Positions 61,985-64,000 of a DNA stretch of 64,000 nt are shown here, in pieces (position 1 is the first letter of the stretch; the number at the start of each line of letters is the position of its first letter). The notes below the pieces were generated by a model, which had not been told where the DNA came from, searched no databases, and was given only the letters and a program-made list of their open reading frames with translations. The stretch is from Candidatus Cloacimonadales bacterium (GTDB lineage Bacteria > Cloacimonadota > Cloacimonadia > Cloacimonadales > JAFGVF01). The stretch spans positions 3,008,001 through 3,072,000 of the forward strand of contig OY762964.1 of the NCBI GenBank assembly GCA_963667035.1, read 5' to 3'. The position numbers were made by a program, and so were the translations under genes.

Positions 61985-63719
61985 GAATAACCTAAATCTC
62001 TTTTTATTGATGCTACTACTCTTACCGATATTCGGATGTAAAGAGGGAGGAAGTAGTTACAATGAAGGGATAGACGGACCTGAACCTCCTGTTGTTGAGG
62101 AAACAATAAATATTGGTCGAAATGATACTTTTGAGGCAGTTACTTGGAATCTGCATAATTTTCCTAGCGATACAAGTCGTACTTTGGAGATTCTACCTGA
62201 TCTTATTACAGAGATAGGGGCGGATATATATGCAGTACAGGAGATTGCTCAAAACGATTATTTTGAAGAGCTTGTTTCTTTGATACCTTATTATGATGGT
62301 ATTGTAATGAACTCCGATAGGTATCAAAACCTTGGATTTATTTATAATACTAGAGAAGTTAGTATTCAAGGTTATGAAGAGATTATGGAATGGGAAGACT
62401 ACAGTTTTGCTCGTATTCCCTTAATGATACACCTTCAATGGAATGGAATTCCCGTTTCATTGATAACAGTTCATTTTAAAGCTAATGATTCCGGATCAAG
62501 TGATGAAAATAGACGTCGAGTTTCATGTAATCTCTTAGACGGGTATATTACGGAATATTATGGTAATAGTAATGTGATAGTTCTGGGTGATATGAACGAT
62601 GAGTTAACGGACAGTGCTTCTGATAACGTATTCACTACTTTAATCAATCAACCCGAAAAGTATCTTTTTGCTGATATGGATATTGCCGAATCTATGAATA
62701 CAGGAAATGCTTCATATCCAAGTTATCCTAGTCATATTGATCATATTCTAATCACTAATGAGCTTTACTCTGCCTTGGAACAAGACAATTCTTTAGTTAA
62801 GACTCTGTTACCGGAGAACTTTGTCGAAGGCGGTACCAGTAACTATAGAACCTATGTTTCTGACCATAGACCGGTAGCTATAAGACTTGATTTAGATATA
62901 CCTGATGAGTTGAAAGTTATTTCCTGGAACATTGAGCATTTCCCTAAGAGTGGAGAGACTACAATTAATCATGTTAAGGAGCTTGTTAGCGAATATGATG
63001 CCGATTTCTTTGGAATTCAAGAGTTAGCGGATACTCAACAGTTCTTGGAAATGGTGGAAGAACTGACAGATTATTCGGGGTATGTTGCTAATTATTTTGT
63101 AGCAGAACCTGATGAGACATATAATCCACCTGTCGGTTGTTTGGTTAAATCGACTCTAGATGTAACCGATACATATACAATCTTTAACGGTTATGATAAT
63201 TATATTCCTCTTCCACGTGCTCCTTTAGTTGTGGAAACAAGGTTCGGTAACGAAGAAATAGTGTTTATCGTTATTCACTTGAAAGCAGCAGGGGATAATA
63301 TAATAGATTATGATGATGAATGGGACGAGGAGAATAGAAGATTGGTAGCGTGTACTCTGTTAGAAGAGTATATAAGAAACAATTTTGATGGGAAACAAGT
63401 AGTACTTATGGGTGATATGAATGACAGATTACAGGACCAAACTACTTCCAATGTCTTTGAAGTATTCTTTAATGCTCCTTCCGAATACTTGTTTACCGAC
63501 TATGATTTGGCTCTAAATCCTACTACGGATAACTATTCTTATCCTATGTACTATCCTGCATTAATTGACCACATACTTATCACCAACGAACTTTTCGACA
63601 ATTATGAGTCTGGAAATACTTTAGTCCTGAAGCCGGATATAGACCATTTTAACTGGTCATATTACGAAACTAATCTGTCTGACCATAGACCGGTGCAATC
63701 AATACTTACGTTTGAATAA
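61965..63719 (+). CDS. Lipoprotein with two tandem endonuclease/exonuclease/phosphatase domains
   Basis: IFGC lipobox; twice WN..FP, QE, H.KA, GDMND, IDHILIT, SDHRPV; start could be 61977. Confidence 0.88.
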   Translation: MRNTLHKNNLNLFLLMLLLLPIFGCKEGGSSYNEGIDGPEPPVVEETINIGRNDTFEAVTWNLHNFPSDTSRTLEILPDLITEIGADIYAVQEIAQNDYFEELVSLIPYYDGIVMNSDRYQNLGFIYNTREVSIQGYEEIMEWEDYSFARIPLMIHLQWNGIPVSLITVHFKANDSGSSDENRRRVSCNLLDGYITEYYGNSNVIVLGDMNDELTDSASDNVFTTLINQPEKYLFADMDIAESMNTGNASYPSYPSHIDHILITNELYSALEQDNSLVKTLLPENFVEGGTSNYRTYVSDHRPVAIRLDLDIPDELKVISWNIEHFPKSGETTINHVKELVSEYDADFFGIQELADTQQFLEMVEELTDYSGYVANYFVAEPDETYNPPVGCLVKSTLDVTDTYTIFNGYDNYIPLPRAPLVVETRFGNEEIVFIVIHLKAAGDNIIDYDDEWDEENRRLVACTLLEEYIRNNFDGKQVVLMGDMNDRLQDQTTSNVFEVFFNAPSEYLFTDYDLALNPTTDNYSYPMYYPALIDHILITNELFDNYESGNTLVLKPDIDHFNWSYYETNLSDHRPVQSILTFE

Positions 63720-63734
63720 ATTGAGGAGATATAT

Positions 63735-64000
63735 ATGAAGTCTTTACGTATTATGATTTTAATTGTTAGTGCTATGCTTTTGTTTGCTTGTAGCACTAAT
63801 AAGAAAGTTGAAACAAAGGAGGTCGAAGAACCTATGAAATCAAAATGGACAACAAATACAGGACTTGAGATTGAAGTTCTTCAAGAAGGTGACGGTGCTG
63901 TAGCAAAAGCAGGTGACTACGTTAACGTACATTATACAGGCTGGTTACTTGACGGTACTAAATTCGATAGTTCTGTTGACAGAGGGCAACCGTTCAGCTT
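63735..64000 (+). CDS. FKBP-type peptidyl-prolyl isomerase lipoprotein (5' part)
   Basis: [28 protein letters not shown]...[37 protein letters not shown]. Confidence 0.93.
   Translation, partial: MKSLRIMILIVSAMLLFACSTNKKVETKEVEEPMKSKWTTNTGLEIEVLQEGDGAVAKAGDYVNVHYTGWLLDGTKFDSSVDRGQPFS

Overview
AT-rich (roughly 35% GC by eye) bacterial chromosome segment, most consistent with Cloacimonadota (WWE1). The evidence is several secreted proteins with the [10 protein letters not shown]...KMILIK FlgD/T9SS-like tail, anaerobic amino-acid/C4 catabolic genes and the style of the 16S; this is an inference, not a database result. The window holds about 40 CDS. These include glyQ, a sirtuin, comM/yifB, rarA, a DUF6485-sdaA-fumarase(alpha/beta)-malic enzyme operon, an ABC permease-M1 peptidase fusion, comEC, trxB, fadD and tkt. 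It also carries one tnpA-only IS200 element, a complete rrn operon (16S-tRNAIle-tRNAAla-23S-5S) and many intrinsic terminators. Best candidate for an undescribed system: a self-contained four-gene membrane operon (31651-36682, DUF6754-like). Its products appear to form two pairs of oppositely oriented membrane subunits, the hallmark of a pseudo-symmetric transporter, behind a structured leader. Other highlights: (1) a readable sigma-54 circuit (promoter, tandem enhancer palindromes, NEW3/ABC operon, cognate kinase and activator); (2) long-range 5'/3' UTR pairing and a C-terminal frameshift in the IS200; (3) a 29-bp inverted-repeat element with CRISPR-repeat-like arms; (4) a dispersed 11-bp-periodic repeat; (5) a frameshifted Cys-rich gene; (6) a catalytically dead caspase; (7) an apparent 16-bp promoter spacer preference.
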